Positions 1 through 9,357 of a stretch of 64,000 bases of DNA are shown in pieces. The DNA is taken from positions 30,938-94,937 of the forward strand of contig CAZMTK010000008.1 of assembly GCA_964569245.1 (NCBI GenBank), given 5' to 3'. Source of the stretch: an uncultured bacterium (GTDB lineage Bacteria > Fermentibacterota > Fermentibacteria > Fermentibacterales > Fermentibacteraceae). Positions within the stretch are counted from its first letter, which is position 1. The number at the start of each line of letters is the position of its first letter. Under the pieces are notes generated by a model. That model was not told where the DNA came from. It saw only the letters and a list, made by a program, of their open reading frames with translations, and did no database searches. The position numbers and the translations under genes were made by a program.

Positions 1-81
1 CGGCGGCCTCCATGGAGGCCGCAGCCGACGAGAGGGCCCCCTGGTCGAAGCTCAGGAGCGAAGCCGAGACGATGCTCCTCC

Positions 82-915
82 TCACCAATCCCCCCATTCC
101 CCGTCGTGCTGTCCGCCCTCCGCCCCGTCTGCTGGCTCTCCCTGGATGAGGGGAGGTCCTGACCTCGCCACCGTCACGCTGACAGTGTCCCCGGACAGGA
201 ATGGGACGCCGGGCCGGGGCTCCTGCGAGATCACGGTGCCGTCCTGCCCGGGAGAGGATGCGGGGACGCCGGTCACCAGTAGAACCAGCCGGTGCTCCAC
301 TGCGACGCTCTCCGCATGATCCTCCCTCATGCCCACGAAGACCGGCACTCCCTCCCATCCGGTGGAGACGAGGAGCCTCACGGCGGTGCTTACCGGAAGG
401 CTGTCGGCCTGTACCGGGCAGACTGCGATGACGTGCCCCTCGGGGACCAGAGGATGAGGAATCCGGCTCCTCCCGGAAGTATAGAGCTGCCAATCGGCTA
501 TCAGCTCCTCGGCCTGGGAGGCCGGGAGCCCTGCCAGCTGCTCCGGATGATAGGTTCGGAACAGCGGGCCGACATTCCAGAAGAAGTTCATCGGCGATCC
601 CCGGGGAACCAGCGTTCCGGGCGCAGGGTCCTGCATGATCACGAGCCCCATGGTCTCGAGGGGGCCGTACTCGGACCACTGTCCGGCTGCGACCAGTCCG
701 GCAGCCTCTATCGTGCGCTGGGCGTCCTGCCGGCTCATGCCGACCACCTCCGGCACTTCGACGGGCTGAGCCTGGGCTCCGAGCGCCGTGACGAACCTCG
801 GCGTTCTGAATGTGAGCGGAGCTATCAGGGCACCTGCAGCGAACGCCATGGAGGCGCCTGTCAGAACGAGGACGATGGCCCGGGTGGCTGTTCTCAGTTC
901 AGTCTCTCCCAGCAT
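82..915 (-). CDS. PASTA-domain membrane protein (N-terminal TM helix plus about three PASTA repeats)
   Basis: 277-aa ORF with N-terminal basic stretch then hydrophobic helix. Repeated ~65-aa units with the PASTA-like pattern V-P-x-V-V-G-x-S-x-x-x-A-x-x-x-L-x-x-x-G-L. No kinase or transpeptidase domain is attached. Confidence 0.6.
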   Translation of the reverse strand: MLGETELRTATRAIVLVLTGASMAFAAGALIAPLTFRTPRFVTALGAQAQPVEVPEVVGMSRQDAQRTIEAAGLVAAGQWSEYGPLETMGLVIMQDPAPGTLVPRGSPMNFFWNVGPLFRTYHPEQLAGLPASQAEELIADWQLYTSGRSRIPHPLVPEGHVIAVCPVQADSLPVSTAVRLLVSTGWEGVPVFVGMREDHAESVAVEHRLVLLVTGVPASSPGQDGTVISQEPRPGVPFLSGDTVSVTVARSGPPLIQGEPADGAEGGQHDGEWGDW

Positions 916-1961
916 GCGGCGAAGTGGCCGTCTATCCCGTGGTCCGGTGGGAATATGTCAAGCATGCCGTCCCTGACAAGAACCGGAGGCGCGGGGAATT
1001 CGATCCTGCGGAAGCCGGGGTGTCCGGCTTCGAACCACTCCACCTGGAGGATCCCCTCCTCGGGCTCGAGACTGCAGACCGAATAGACCAGCACTCCTCC
1101 GGGCGCGACGCGCGAGGCGGCTCCGTCGAGCAGGCGCCGCTGTCTCTCCACGCACGCCGCCAGGTGCTCCCCGCTCCATCGCCACCGGGCGTCGCTGCGC
1201 CTGCGCAGGATGCCCGTGGCGGTGCACGGCGCATCGACCACGGCCTTCGACACGGATGCGACAGGAGGAGCAGCGCCGTCCCCTGCAGCCGGGAAGCTCC
1301 TTGCCCAGCCCAGCCTGTCGCGGTTGGACAGCCAGGGGGCAAGCCTGCCCGGCGACAAGTCGAGTGAGACGACAACGTCCGACGTGCAGTCCAGCCAGGC
1401 GGTCTTTCCTCCGGGCGAGGCGCACGCCTCCAGAACCACCTTCCCGGGCAGCAAGGCGGCTCCCCTGCCGACTACCGCCGCGGCCTCGTCCTGGATGTAG
1501 CCCCCGTGAAGGGCGTCCAGGTCGGGAGAGCCTTTCCTGTCGAGGATCCTGTACTCCTCGAGGAACCTGCCTGGAGAGCCCGGTGCAGCAGCGGAGGGAA
1601 AGGCCGCGCCGATCGGAGGCACCTCGTTGTCGAAGGCCATCAGCCTCGCGGCTCGGGTCGTTCCCCACCGAGCCGACCACCTCTCCCAGAGAGATCTCGG
1701 GTGAGACAGGCGGACCCAGGGATCGAGGCCTTCGGGCTCGCCCTCGACAGACAGCCTCCTGAGCACAGCGTTCACGAAGGGGGCAATCCTGCGGTCAACC
1801 GCTCCGACCGTCGCCGAGACGGCTGCATGCGCCGGTGTGCCCAGAACAAGCATCTGGGCCGCCCCTATGCGGAGGGCCGCGAGGGCTTCGGGCTCGAGCC
1901 TGGCGAGAGGGCGGGAAGTGACGGGGGACAGTGCGGCGTCCAGCCGTTCGCGCCATACCAC
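894..1961 (-). CDS. rsmB: 16S rRNA (cytosine-C5)-methyltransferase, RsmB/Sun (NOL1/NOP2) family
   Basis: SAM-MTase motif EACASPGGKT, a catalytic Cys downstream (PCTATG) and a partial NusB-like N-terminal region. 22-nt overlap with the downstream PASTA gene. Confidence 0.8.
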   Translation of the reverse strand: MVWRERLDAALSPVTSRPLARLEPEALAALRIGAAQMLVLGTPAHAAVSATVGAVDRRIAPFVNAVLRRLSVEGEPEGLDPWVRLSHPRSLWERWSARWGTTRAARLMAFDNEVPPIGAAFPSAAAPGSPGRFLEEYRILDRKGSPDLDALHGGYIQDEAAAVVGRGAALLPGKVVLEACASPGGKTAWLDCTSDVVVSLDLSPGRLAPWLSNRDRLGWARSFPAAGDGAAPPVASVSKAVVDAPCTATGILRRRSDARWRWSGEHLAACVERQRRLLDGAASRVAPGGVLVYSVCSLEPEEGILQVEWFEAGHPGFRRIEFPAPPVLVRDGMLDIFPPDHGIDGHFAACWERLN

Positions 1962-2118
1962 GGCCTCCCTGGAGAGCCTCCAGGCGAGGGCGCGGTCGGC
2001 TCCCGACAGGTTCCCGGGATGCTCGCCCCTCAGGAGCAGAGCGATGGCTGCGCGCCGTGCCGCGGATCCGGCAGATCCCCCAGCGGCAGGCCCTGGACCG
2101 GATGGGGAACGGGCCCTT

Positions 2119-2367
2119 TCAGCCCTGCGCGACGTTCTCCACCCTCTCGAGCTCGGGAAAGGCCTGTTTCAGCGTCCTCTCGACGCTGAACTGAAGCGTG
2201 AGAGATGCGAAGGCGCAGCCCGAGCAAGAGCCCTTGAGCCTCACCTTCACCACCTGCCCCTCGAGCGCTACGAACTCGATGTCTCCGCCGTCCGCCTGGA
2301 GAAGGGGCCTTATCCTCTCGATCTCGGAGCGGACGCTTTCCTCGCTCATGACGGGCTTCTCGGTCAT
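2119..2367 (-). CDS. nfuA: NifU-like (Nfu) Fe-S cluster scaffold/carrier domain protein
   Basis: Internal start MTEKPV at 2367 preceded by GGAAGGTG; CxxC motif (GSCSGC) typical of the Nfu C-terminal domain. The long upstream in-frame extension of the track ORF (to 2514) is Arg-rich and unsupported. Confidence 0.75.
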   Translation of the reverse strand: MTEKPVMSEESVRSEIERIRPLLQADGGDIEFVALEGQVVKVRLKGSCSGCAFASLTLQFSVERTLKQAFPELERVENVAQG

Positions 2368-2425
2368 TTGCACCTTCCGAGGCCGGCTCGGGCCGGCCGC
2401 TGAGTGTGGAACCGACGCACTGCGA

Positions 2426-4009
2426 TTATAACCTGCCGGGAGGACCCGTGTTCCCCTGCATGAGCCCCGGGAGGTGCGACTCGACAAAGCCTGGATACTC
2501 GCTCTCCAGCGCATCCAGCCAGAGCCTCGCCTGCTCCGTCCGCCCTTCGCGGGCTTCGAGCACCGCCAGATCCAGCATGGCCTCAGCCCTGTTCAGGCTG
2601 ATCGAATCCTCCCTGCTCGAAGCCCTCTCTATCGCCTCGAGGAAGAGCTCTCTCGCCTCCTCCGTACGGCCCTGCTCGCAGTGCGCGAGTGCGTCGTGGA
2701 AGGGCATGTTGACGCCGGACCGCTCGACCACGCCTCTCCACGGCATGGAGGCGGCGATGCCGGCAGCGATCCCGATGGGGGCAAGGGCCAGGCTCCTCCT
2801 TCCGAAGCGCACCGCCCTGGCTCCGAGAAGGAGCAGCGCGAACGGGATCAGCGGCAGCCTGAACCTTGCGGTCACGAAGAAGGCGACAACTCCGCCCGCC
2901 ATCAGGAGCAGCCAGGCTGCCAGGAACGCCTCCCGCCTCGTCGGCCTCCCGGCCGCGACGGCCCCCGGCAATAGCGCCCAGAGGAGAAGCATGGGGATGC
3001 CCTGGGGCAGGAGGAGGACGGACAGCAGGGGCGAGTATCTCCTGAGGTAGTATCCGTCGTAGTTGCAGGGCACTTCCTGGGTCGCGCACATGAGGGCAGC
3101 CTTCTTCGCGAGCAGGGCGATCGTCCTGCCGGGAGCCCGCGCGGCCGCCTCGAGAGTCCTCGAAACCCACCAGGCCGACACTTCCGAGGGTCTCAGACCC
3201 GGAGGGGCGAGGGCGACGCTGGCCGCCTCCACGTTGTCCTGGTAGGGGAGCCCGTCCTCCGGCTGCCGATGCGGCGCCGCAGGGGCGAAGGCCGTGTAGC
3301 CGTCCGCCTCCGGCCCGTTGCCTATGTACAGGTTTATGCCGCCCTGGCTCGAGATGACGGTCGCGGGGTCTCCTGCCAGCGCGTTGACCGCCCAGACGGC
3401 CGCGATAGGTGCGAGGAGCAGGGGCCCTGCACGCGCGAGCCTGACCGGCTTGAACGCGAGGAGGAGCGCGGGGAGGACCGCCAGCGCCCCGGGTCTCGCG
3501 ATCGCCGCGAAGCCCAGGGCGAGCATTCCCGCAAGGAGCCTGTCCTCGTCGAAGAGCAGGAAAGAGCCGAGGACAAGCGCTATGTAGAGCGGCTCTATGA
3601 GCAGGGTCGAGGAGTATGCGACAGCCGTTCCCCAGAGACCCCAGCAGGCTGCGGCGGCGGCCGCCGCACCGCGCGGCATCCACCCGGAGGCGATGCGGAA
3701 CAGAAGCGCGGCGGAAGCGGCGTGCAGGACCGTCGAGAGCAGGGCTCCGGCGGCGACGGAGGGGCCGGTGAGCGAGTACAGCCCGCCGAGCACCAGCGGA
3801 TAGAGCGGAGCCCTGAAATACGGGGCGTACGCGGTCAGGTCCCCTGAGGCGATCGAGCAGGCCCAGGCGTGGTGCCACGCCGCGTCGACGACAGGGTACC
3901 GGAACAGAGGGCTCCTCGAGAGCATGACCAGGTTGGAGAGACCGGCGGCGAGGGCGGGGACGGCGGCCGCTGCGCAGGCGCCCGGAGAAGCCCTGCCCCC
4001 CGGGGTCAT
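2426..4009 (-). CDS. Glycosyltransferase family 39 (PMT_2/ArnT-like) polytopic membrane protein with C-terminal TPR repeats
   Basis: Start MTPGG at 4009 forms an ATGA overlap with the rfaE2 stop (verified in sequence). Roughly 11 predicted TM helices with the ArnT/PMT-like N-terminus ([16 protein letters not shown]) and a TPR-like C-terminal ~120 aa. Confidence 0.7.
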   Translation of the reverse strand: MTPGGRASPGACAAAAVPALAAGLSNLVMLSRSPLFRYPVVDAAWHHAWACSIASGDLTAYAPYFRAPLYPLVLGGLYSLTGPSVAAGALLSTVLHAASAALLFRIASGWMPRGAAAAAAACWGLWGTAVAYSSTLLIEPLYIALVLGSFLLFDEDRLLAGMLALGFAAIARPGALAVLPALLLAFKPVRLARAGPLLLAPIAAVWAVNALAGDPATVISSQGGINLYIGNGPEADGYTAFAPAAPHRQPEDGLPYQDNVEAASVALAPPGLRPSEVSAWWVSRTLEAAARAPGRTIALLAKKAALMCATQEVPCNYDGYYLRRYSPLLSVLLLPQGIPMLLLWALLPGAVAAGRPTRREAFLAAWLLLMAGGVVAFFVTARFRLPLIPFALLLLGARAVRFGRRSLALAPIGIAAGIAASMPWRGVVERSGVNMPFHDALAHCEQGRTEEARELFLEAIERASSREDSISLNRAEAMLDLAVLEAREGRTEQARLWLDALESEYPGFVESHLPGLMQGNTGPPGRL

Positions 4010-4500
4010 CTGTCCCCGGCGGTCCGGTCCTCGAGGATGGCCGTCGTGGACAGGCCGGGCACGAGAGGAACCGTTCTGACAGCGCCGCCAGAGGCGATGA
4101 CGAAGCCGGCGCCGACTATCTCGCGCTCGGAGTAGTCGCCGCCCTTCACCAGGACATCCGGCTTCATGATCTCGATGAGCTCCAGGGGAGTCGGCTCGTC
4201 GAAGCAGGCTACGAGGTCCACCCATCTCATCGCGGAAAGGCACTCGGCCCTGCGCTCGAAGGTGTTGACAGGTCTCCCCGGACCCTTCAGCTCCCTGACC
4301 GACCTGTCGGAGTTCAGGCCGACTACGAGGATGTCTCCCATCGACCTGGCCTCGCGGAGCAGGCGCACGTGGCCCGCGTGGAGGATGTCGAAGCAGCCGT
4401 TCGTGAAGACCAGCCTGCCCCCGGGCGGGAGCATTCTCCTGGCCACCCCGGCCGCCTCAGCGCCGTCGAGCAGGACGGGAGCCGGATCAGGCGCCGGCAT
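4006..4500 (-). CDS. rfaE2: D-glycero-beta-D-manno-heptose 1-phosphate adenylyltransferase (HldE C-terminal domain as a separate gene)
   Basis: Cytidylyltransferase signature [17 protein letters not shown]; 164 aa; 14-nt overlap with the upstream kinase gene. Confidence 0.85.
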   Translation of the reverse strand: MPAPDPAPVLLDGAEAAGVARRMLPPGGRLVFTNGCFDILHAGHVRLLREARSMGDILVVGLNSDRSVRELKGPGRPVNTFERRAECLSAMRWVDLVACFDEPTPLELIEIMKPDVLVKGGDYSEREIVGAGFVIASGGAVRTVPLVPGLSTTAILEDRTAGDR

Positions 4501-5479
4501 CTATCTCCCGCAGGATGTCGGCAGGCTTCACCGCGTACACGCCCGGCTCGGCGCAGACAGCCGCAGCGGCATAGTTGGCCAGCGAGGCGGCGAGGCGCAG
4601 CGGCATGCCGGCAGATATGGCCAGGGCCATCACGGAGATGACTGTGTCGCCCGCGCCGGACACGTCGAAAACCCTGCGGGCCGCTGTCGGTATGAGAACG
4701 GGAGCTCCGCCCTTCTCCACGAGCACCGACCCCTGCTCGCCGAGCGTCAGCAGAACCGCTCCGGAATCCGTCTCGGAAAGGATCTTCGCCGCGGCCTCGG
4801 AGGCCTGTTCGGCATCTCCGATCTCCATGCCTGCGAACCTCGAAGCCTCCGATCTGTTCGGCTTCAGGAGGCTGCAGCCCCGGTAGGCGCGGAAATTCCT
4901 GAACTTCGGGTCAACCGTCACGGGGATTCCGCGACGGGCGGCTGAGGAGATCACTGCGGCCACGAGGCCCGGATGGATGCATCCCTTGTCGTAATCCTCG
5001 AAGATCACGGCGTCCACGCGGTCGAGAGCCCCCAGCACGGATCGCTCCAGCTCGGCCGCGACCTCTTGAGCGGCGTGATCCGAGATCTCCCTGTCTATGC
5101 GCAGGATCTGCTGGTGCCGGGCCATGATCCGGGTCTTCGTCGTGGTCGGCCTCCCGGGGTCGGTCAGCACGCAGGAGACGTCTGCCCCTGCGGCCGCGAG
5201 GAGGGACACAAGAAGCCGTCCGTGCTCGTCGTCTCCCACCAGCCCGGCGGAGACGGGAAGGCTTCCCAGCGATCTGATGTTCATCGCGACGTTGGCCGCG
5301 CCTCCGGGGAGGCTTCTCTCCCCGTTTCCCGCCAGAGTGACGACGGGTACCGGGGCCTCGGGAGAGACCCTCTCGACGATCCCCTCGAGGTAGTGATCCA
5401 GAATGAGGTCGCCCACGACCAGGACCCTGCGTCCGGCAAGAGCCCCGACGGAAGCGGATGCATCCAGTCTCAAGTCCAA
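4487..5479 (-). CDS. rfaE1: D-glycero-beta-D-manno-heptose 7-phosphate kinase (HldE N-terminal domain, PfkB family)
   Basis: PfkB sugar-kinase motifs ([17 protein letters not shown], and the C-terminal DVSGAGD anion hole); 330 aa. Confidence 0.85.
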   Translation of the reverse strand: MDLRLDASASVGALAGRRVLVVGDLILDHYLEGIVERVSPEAPVPVVTLAGNGERSLPGGAANVAMNIRSLGSLPVSAGLVGDDEHGRLLVSLLAAAGADVSCVLTDPGRPTTTKTRIMARHQQILRIDREISDHAAQEVAAELERSVLGALDRVDAVIFEDYDKGCIHPGLVAAVISSAARRGIPVTVDPKFRNFRAYRGCSLLKPNRSEASRFAGMEIGDAEQASEAAAKILSETDSGAVLLTLGEQGSVLVEKGGAPVLIPTAARRVFDVSGAGDTVISVMALAISAGMPLRLAASLANYAAAAVCAEPGVYAVKPADILREIDAGA

Positions 5480-5550
5480 AAGCCCTCCCCGGTCTTGACC
5501 GGAAGCACCGGCGGGTGCATAGGTCGAGACGAAGACGCCAGGAGGTGAAG

Positions 5551-5859
5551 ATGCTGAAAACGCCGCCGCGAATCAACGTCAAGCCCGAGGATGCAGACGG
5601 GGAGTACAGCAACATGGCCATCGTCACGTTCTCGAGGGCCGAGTTCGTTCTCGACTTCGCCAGGATGATGCCGGGCGTCCCGAACGCGAGCCTCAAGGCC
5701 AGGGTCATCGTCAGCCCTCAGAGGATAAAGTCGGTGGTCTCGGCCCTGGAGAGCCAGATCAGGGCCTACGAGCAGAAGTACGGAAAGCTGGAGGAGGCCG
5801 ACGGACAGACCCCCATCGGCTTCCAGAACCCTGCCGCGGGAGCCTCGGAGGAGCAGTGA
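5551..5859 (+). CDS. DUF3467 domain protein
   Basis: Start MLKTPP at 5551 with GGAGGTG RBS 5-8 nt upstream. Sequence pattern (EYSNMAIVTFSRAEFVLDF) matches my recollection of the DUF3467 family. Confidence 0.65.
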   Translation: MLKTPPRINVKPEDADGEYSNMAIVTFSRAEFVLDFARMMPGVPNASLKARVIVSPQRIKSVVSALESQIRAYEQKYGKLEEADGQTPIGFQNPAAGASEEQ

Positions 5860-6548
5860 CCCCTGCAGGCAGATCGAGTGGGCTTCCGAGGGGTCTTGTG
5901 ACGAACGTCCTCTCGATACTGGTTGCACTCGCAGTCTGGATAGCGGCCATCGAGAGCCGCACCTTCAAGGTGGAGACGCGCCTGCCGGTCATGCCGCCCG
6001 ATCTCCCCGACAGCTTCGTCATCTCCGGACCGTTGGATCCGGAAAGCGTCACAGCGACCTTCTCAGGCTCCGGAGCGGGGATTCTCGCCGGTCAGATTTC
6101 CGGCCGCCCCTTGGCAGTCGGAACCAGGATCGACAGCCTCCCGTACCGCGATCTCCCGCTGAACGCGGTTCTGACACTGGCACCGGACATGATGGCATGG
6201 AGGGGGCGTCCCTTCACCCCTCCAGCCGAGGTGTCCTTCAACCCGCCGTCCGTCGTCTGTACGATAGACAGGCTCGCATCCGACACCCTCCCGGTCAAGG
6301 TGATGGCGGCCGGCAGCGTTCCGGCGAGGTATTTCTGGGCAGCATCGGAGCCCGACCGGGTGACGGTCATCGGTCCGTCCGGCGCAATAGCGCTCGCCGA
6401 CAGCGCAAGGACTCTCGAAGTTCTCCCGGGCCAGCCTCTGCAGATAGTGGGGCTGGCCCCTTGCGAGGCCTTTTCGGGGAGCGTTCCAGGAGAGGTGAGA
6501 GCCTCGTTGACGCCCCCTCTGCCGCTGCTCGAGCTCTCCGACCTGTGA
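5856..6548 (+). CDS. Membrane-anchored protein, possibly YbbR-like repeat protein
   Basis: 4-nt overlap with the DUF3467 gene. N-terminal TM helix (VLSILVALAVWIAAI) followed by a Pro/Val-rich beta-repeat pattern reminiscent of YbbR domains. Family assignment is tentative. Confidence 0.5.
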   Translation: MTPAGRSSGLPRGLVTNVLSILVALAVWIAAIESRTFKVETRLPVMPPDLPDSFVISGPLDPESVTATFSGSGAGILAGQISGRPLAVGTRIDSLPYRDLPLNAVLTLAPDMMAWRGRPFTPPAEVSFNPPSVVCTIDRLASDTLPVKVMAAGSVPARYFWAASEPDRVTVIGPSGAIALADSARTLEVLPGQPLQIVGLAPCEAFSGSVPGEVRASLTPPLPLLELSDL

Positions 6549-6622
6549 CGCCATCCGGGCCGCCCTTCCCGCTGTGCGACCGTGCGTGCCCGCGCCAGGC
6601 CCGTGACGATGCGGCAGGTTGC

Positions 6623-6652
6623 TTGACAGGCGCGAAGGGTCGCCAATAGATT
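6623..6652 (+). promoter_or_regulatory. Candidate sigma70-type promoter (TTGACA-N18-TAGATT) for the 6708 gene
   Basis: Exact TTGACA at 6623-6628, TAGATT at 6647-6652 (4/6 to TATAAT), then GGAGGG RBS at 6694-6699 and ATG at 6708. Confidence 0.35.
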
Positions 6653-6707
6653 CCTCGAAACATTCCGAAACCGCTCATCAGGTCAGCGCCTTGGAGGGAA
6701 ATCCGAC

Positions 6708-7655
6708 ATGAGAGGCAAGCTCCTGGTAAGGGTCCTGATCGTCATTCTGGCCGCCCTGCTCGTCTTCAGGATCTACGACAGGGTGCAGTCTCACAGGATT
6801 CCCAGGGACCTCTGCAGGACTCACATGGAGACGCTCGCATGGGCTGACATCAACTACATGTATTCGCACGACGGCGCCATCGCTGAGGATCTGCCTGCTC
6901 TCCTCGAGTTCGCCGGCCTCCCCGAGAGCGTGGCTACGTGCCCGACCATCTGGGCGCAGGGAATCAGGGACTCGATGTACTTCTACGATCCCAAGCTCGC
7001 TCTCGGAAGCCAGTTCGCCATCTCCTGCAACAACCTCGAGAGGCACGGCGGGCTGGTAGGCGGCTTTGTCGAGAAGGAGTTCCCCGACTCGCTCTTCATG
7101 GAGGCCGACTGGGCGTCCACCTTCAGGAGGATGGCCTTCCTGGAGTATGCTGAGATGCGCAGGACCGATGTCTCCAGGTCGAACCTCGTCAGGGTGTCCG
7201 AGGAGGAGGCAGCATATCTCGGGAACAGGTACCCATCGGTTCTGGAACCCGCCGATCCGGCTGCGCTCGGCCTGAATCTCGACGAGATGAAGGATCCGCT
7301 CGGCGGAGAGTACGTCTTCGAGACCGTCCCGGACACCACCTACGTCTTCTACCAGAATCCGGGCAGGAGGGGCAGGGCGAGGGGCGATTCGGTCGTAGTC
7401 CAGACCTGGAAATTCGTCGGCTATGTCACGTCCGATCCGGAGACTTCGCGAGTGGAGATCTTCTACCGGCATCCCCTGCGCTTTCCTAGCAGGGCCGAAG
7501 GGGCCGGCTCGGGCGACAACGACCGGCTCCTGGTCGTACGCTACTGGGATGTCTCCGATCTGGGAACCCTCAGAACCGACGAGAGGGAGGTCGACCTCCT
7601 CGACCAGAAGACCTGGGATTTCCTCCAGACCCTCGATCTGTCAGAAACCCAGTAG
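6708..7655 (+). CDS. Hypothetical membrane-anchored protein
   Basis: 315 aa; N-terminal signal-anchor (LLVRVLIVILAALLVF); high GC3 codon usage. Preferred over the antisense 6678-7472 ORF, which is Arg/Pro-rich junk. No recognisable domain. Confidence 0.55.
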   Translation: MRGKLLVRVLIVILAALLVFRIYDRVQSHRIPRDLCRTHMETLAWADINYMYSHDGAIAEDLPALLEFAGLPESVATCPTIWAQGIRDSMYFYDPKLALGSQFAISCNNLERHGGLVGGFVEKEFPDSLFMEADWASTFRRMAFLEYAEMRRTDVSRSNLVRVSEEEAAYLGNRYPSVLEPADPAALGLNLDEMKDPLGGEYVFETVPDTTYVFYQNPGRRGRARGDSVVVQTWKFVGYVTSDPETSRVEIFYRHPLRFPSRAEGAGSGDNDRLLVVRYWDVSDLGTLRTDEREVDLLDQKTWDFLQTLDLSETQ

Positions 7656-7770
7656 CCGGCACCTGCGGGCTGCACTCGAGAACAGGCCGGAACCAGGGGA
7701 GCCCCTGCGTGGTATAGGTGTTCCGGCCGCATGATGCTCCCCTGCCGCCCAGGAAAGGACTGATGGTGCG

Positions 7771-7980
7771 ATGAAGAGCTTCTTCGACATCGAGGAGAGC
7801 GCTGCATCCAGCAGGAACCAGTACCTGCTGGCCAACGCCGCCGCAAAGAGGGTCCGGCACATCAAGAACGGTGCCCCTGCCGTGGTGGAGTCGCCATCCG
7901 ACAGGCCCGTGGAAACAGCCTTGGAGGAGATAGCCAGGGGGCTCATCAGGTACAGGCTCCCCGAGCAGCAGGATCTCTGA
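7771..7980 (+). CDS. rpoZ: DNA-directed RNA polymerase subunit omega
   Basis: 69 aa; core motif NQYLLANAAAKRVRHI matches the RpoZ consensus (NRYxLvxxAAKRARQL). Confidence 0.85.
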   Translation: MKSFFDIEESAASSRNQYLLANAAAKRVRHIKNGAPAVVESPSDRPVETALEEIARGLIRYRLPEQQDL

Positions 7981-7995
7981 GACTGGAATCGTGAA

Positions 7996-9213
7996 ATGCG
8001 GAGGAGTGAATCCATGAGAATCCTTGTGTCTCTGGCAGCTTTCCTTCTCGTTCTCGGAACGGCCGGCTGCAGGTCTGCCCGCACCGCCAACGGATCCGCC
8101 GACACGACGATGGTCCTCGCCACGGTGGGCGACGTGGAGATCACCATGCAGACTCTCCGCAACGAGCTGCAGATGATCCCCCCCTATCAGCGGGCCGCGT
8201 TCGAGACGCCCGAAGGTCAGAGGACCCTCCTCGACCATCTGGTGGAGAGGGAGCTGCTTCTCCAGGCCGCCCAGGACGCGGGGCTGGAGGACGACTCGTT
8301 CGTCGTCGCCCAGGTAGAGCTCGCCATGCAGCAGGTCGAGTACACACGCCAGCGCGCCCTCATCCAGCGCTATTACGAGAACATGGTCGTCGACGCGGTC
8401 GCCGTTCCAGACTCCGAGGTCGCAGCGTACTACGAGCAGCACTCCGGGGACATCTACTTCCAGCCCGCACAGGTGAAGGCTTCGATGATCCTCTGCGAGA
8501 GCCCAGAGGAGATGGAGACGGTGCAGGCCGAGCTCGACTCCGGAGCGGGGTTCGACTCCACTGCCGCGAGGCTGAGCGATCACGCTCCCACGAAGGGACT
8601 CGGCGGCGACCTGGGCTGGATCACCGAGTCCAGCCCGCTTCCCTACCTCGGCAGCCAGGAGGAGATCTCCCAGGCCCTGTTCCAGGCCCCTGTGGGAGGC
8701 GTGGTCGGCCCGTTCGACACGGAGCTCGGCTCTGTCATCCTCGAGGTCACGGACAGGACTGAGGCCGGCCCCAAGCCCTTCGAGGAGGTTCGCGAGTCGA
8801 TCGTGAACATGCTCAAACCCGGGCTCGTCAACACCCATTTCCGCGACGTGGTGATACCCGGGCTGAGGGAGCAGTACGGGGTGACCATCAACGAGGACGC
8901 CTTCCTGCCGGGCCCCGAGGTCCCTCCCGACTCCCTGATGCAGCTCGCACAGAGCGTCATGGAGACGGCCCCCGAGCGTGCCATCAGGTACTTCCAGCTG
9001 TACCTCGACCGCTTTCCCGACGATCCCAAGGCCTACCAGGCGATGTTCCTGATCGGATTCACATATTCCGAGTATCTGCACGACTATGAGAACGCCAGGC
9101 AGACCTTCGGGGCGATGGTGCAGAGATTCCCCGATTCCGAGCTGACGGACGACGCCCAGTGGATGATCGAGAACATGGAGACCCCGATAGACAGCCTCAT
9201 ACCAACCTCGTAG
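7996..9213 (+). CDS. SurA/PrsA-like periplasmic peptidyl-prolyl cis-trans isomerase (parvulin) with C-terminal TPR-like region
   Basis: Signal/lipoprotein-like N-terminus (LVLGTAGC), SurA_N-like chaperone region, and a PpiC-type PPIase domain (DLGWITES ... VGPF). Immediately downstream of rpoZ. Confidence 0.75.
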   Translation: MRRSESMRILVSLAAFLLVLGTAGCRSARTANGSADTTMVLATVGDVEITMQTLRNELQMIPPYQRAAFETPEGQRTLLDHLVERELLLQAAQDAGLEDDSFVVAQVELAMQQVEYTRQRALIQRYYENMVVDAVAVPDSEVAAYYEQHSGDIYFQPAQVKASMILCESPEEMETVQAELDSGAGFDSTAARLSDHAPTKGLGGDLGWITESSPLPYLGSQEEISQALFQAPVGGVVGPFDTELGSVILEVTDRTEAGPKPFEEVRESIVNMLKPGLVNTHFRDVVIPGLREQYGVTINEDAFLPGPEVPPDSLMQLAQSVMETAPERAIRYFQLYLDRFPDDPKAYQAMFLIGFTYSEYLHDYENARQTFGAMVQRFPDSELTDDAQWMIENMETPIDSLIPTS

Positions 9214-9357
9214 GACCGTCGGCGGTTCCGCGTGGTTCGACAGATGCGGGGGCCCGGGCGACCGGGCCCCCGTCCTTGTCGTTGCTCGTGGGCTCCGGGC
9301 TCCCGGCCGGCAATATTCCAGAGCGTGTCTCATGAAACCCGGAGGGCAGCTCTACCG

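Noticed and set aside
2583-3878. 431-aa minus-strand ORF in an alternative frame of the GT39-like gene
   Set aside because: Arg/Ala/Gly-rich low-complexity translation. The in-frame GT39 reading has coherent TM helices and TPRs.
5930-6560. FHA-domain call for the TonB-like N-terminal repeats, and firm YbbR call for the 5856-6548 gene
   Set aside because: The canonical FHA residues (G-R...S-x-x-H...N-G) are missing, so the repeats are described only as FHA-like beta-rich repeats. The YbbR assignment is kept tentative.
6678-7472. 264-aa minus-strand ORF opposite the 6708-7655 gene
   Set aside because: The plus-strand product has a clean signal-anchor, an RBS and a plausible promoter. The minus product is Pro/Arg-rich with no features.
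7570-9333. 587-aa minus-strand ORF covering the whole surA-like gene
   Set aside because: Antisense to a well-supported PPIase gene. Arg/Gly/Pro-rich composition typical of off-frame high-GC ORFs, and no recognisable domain.
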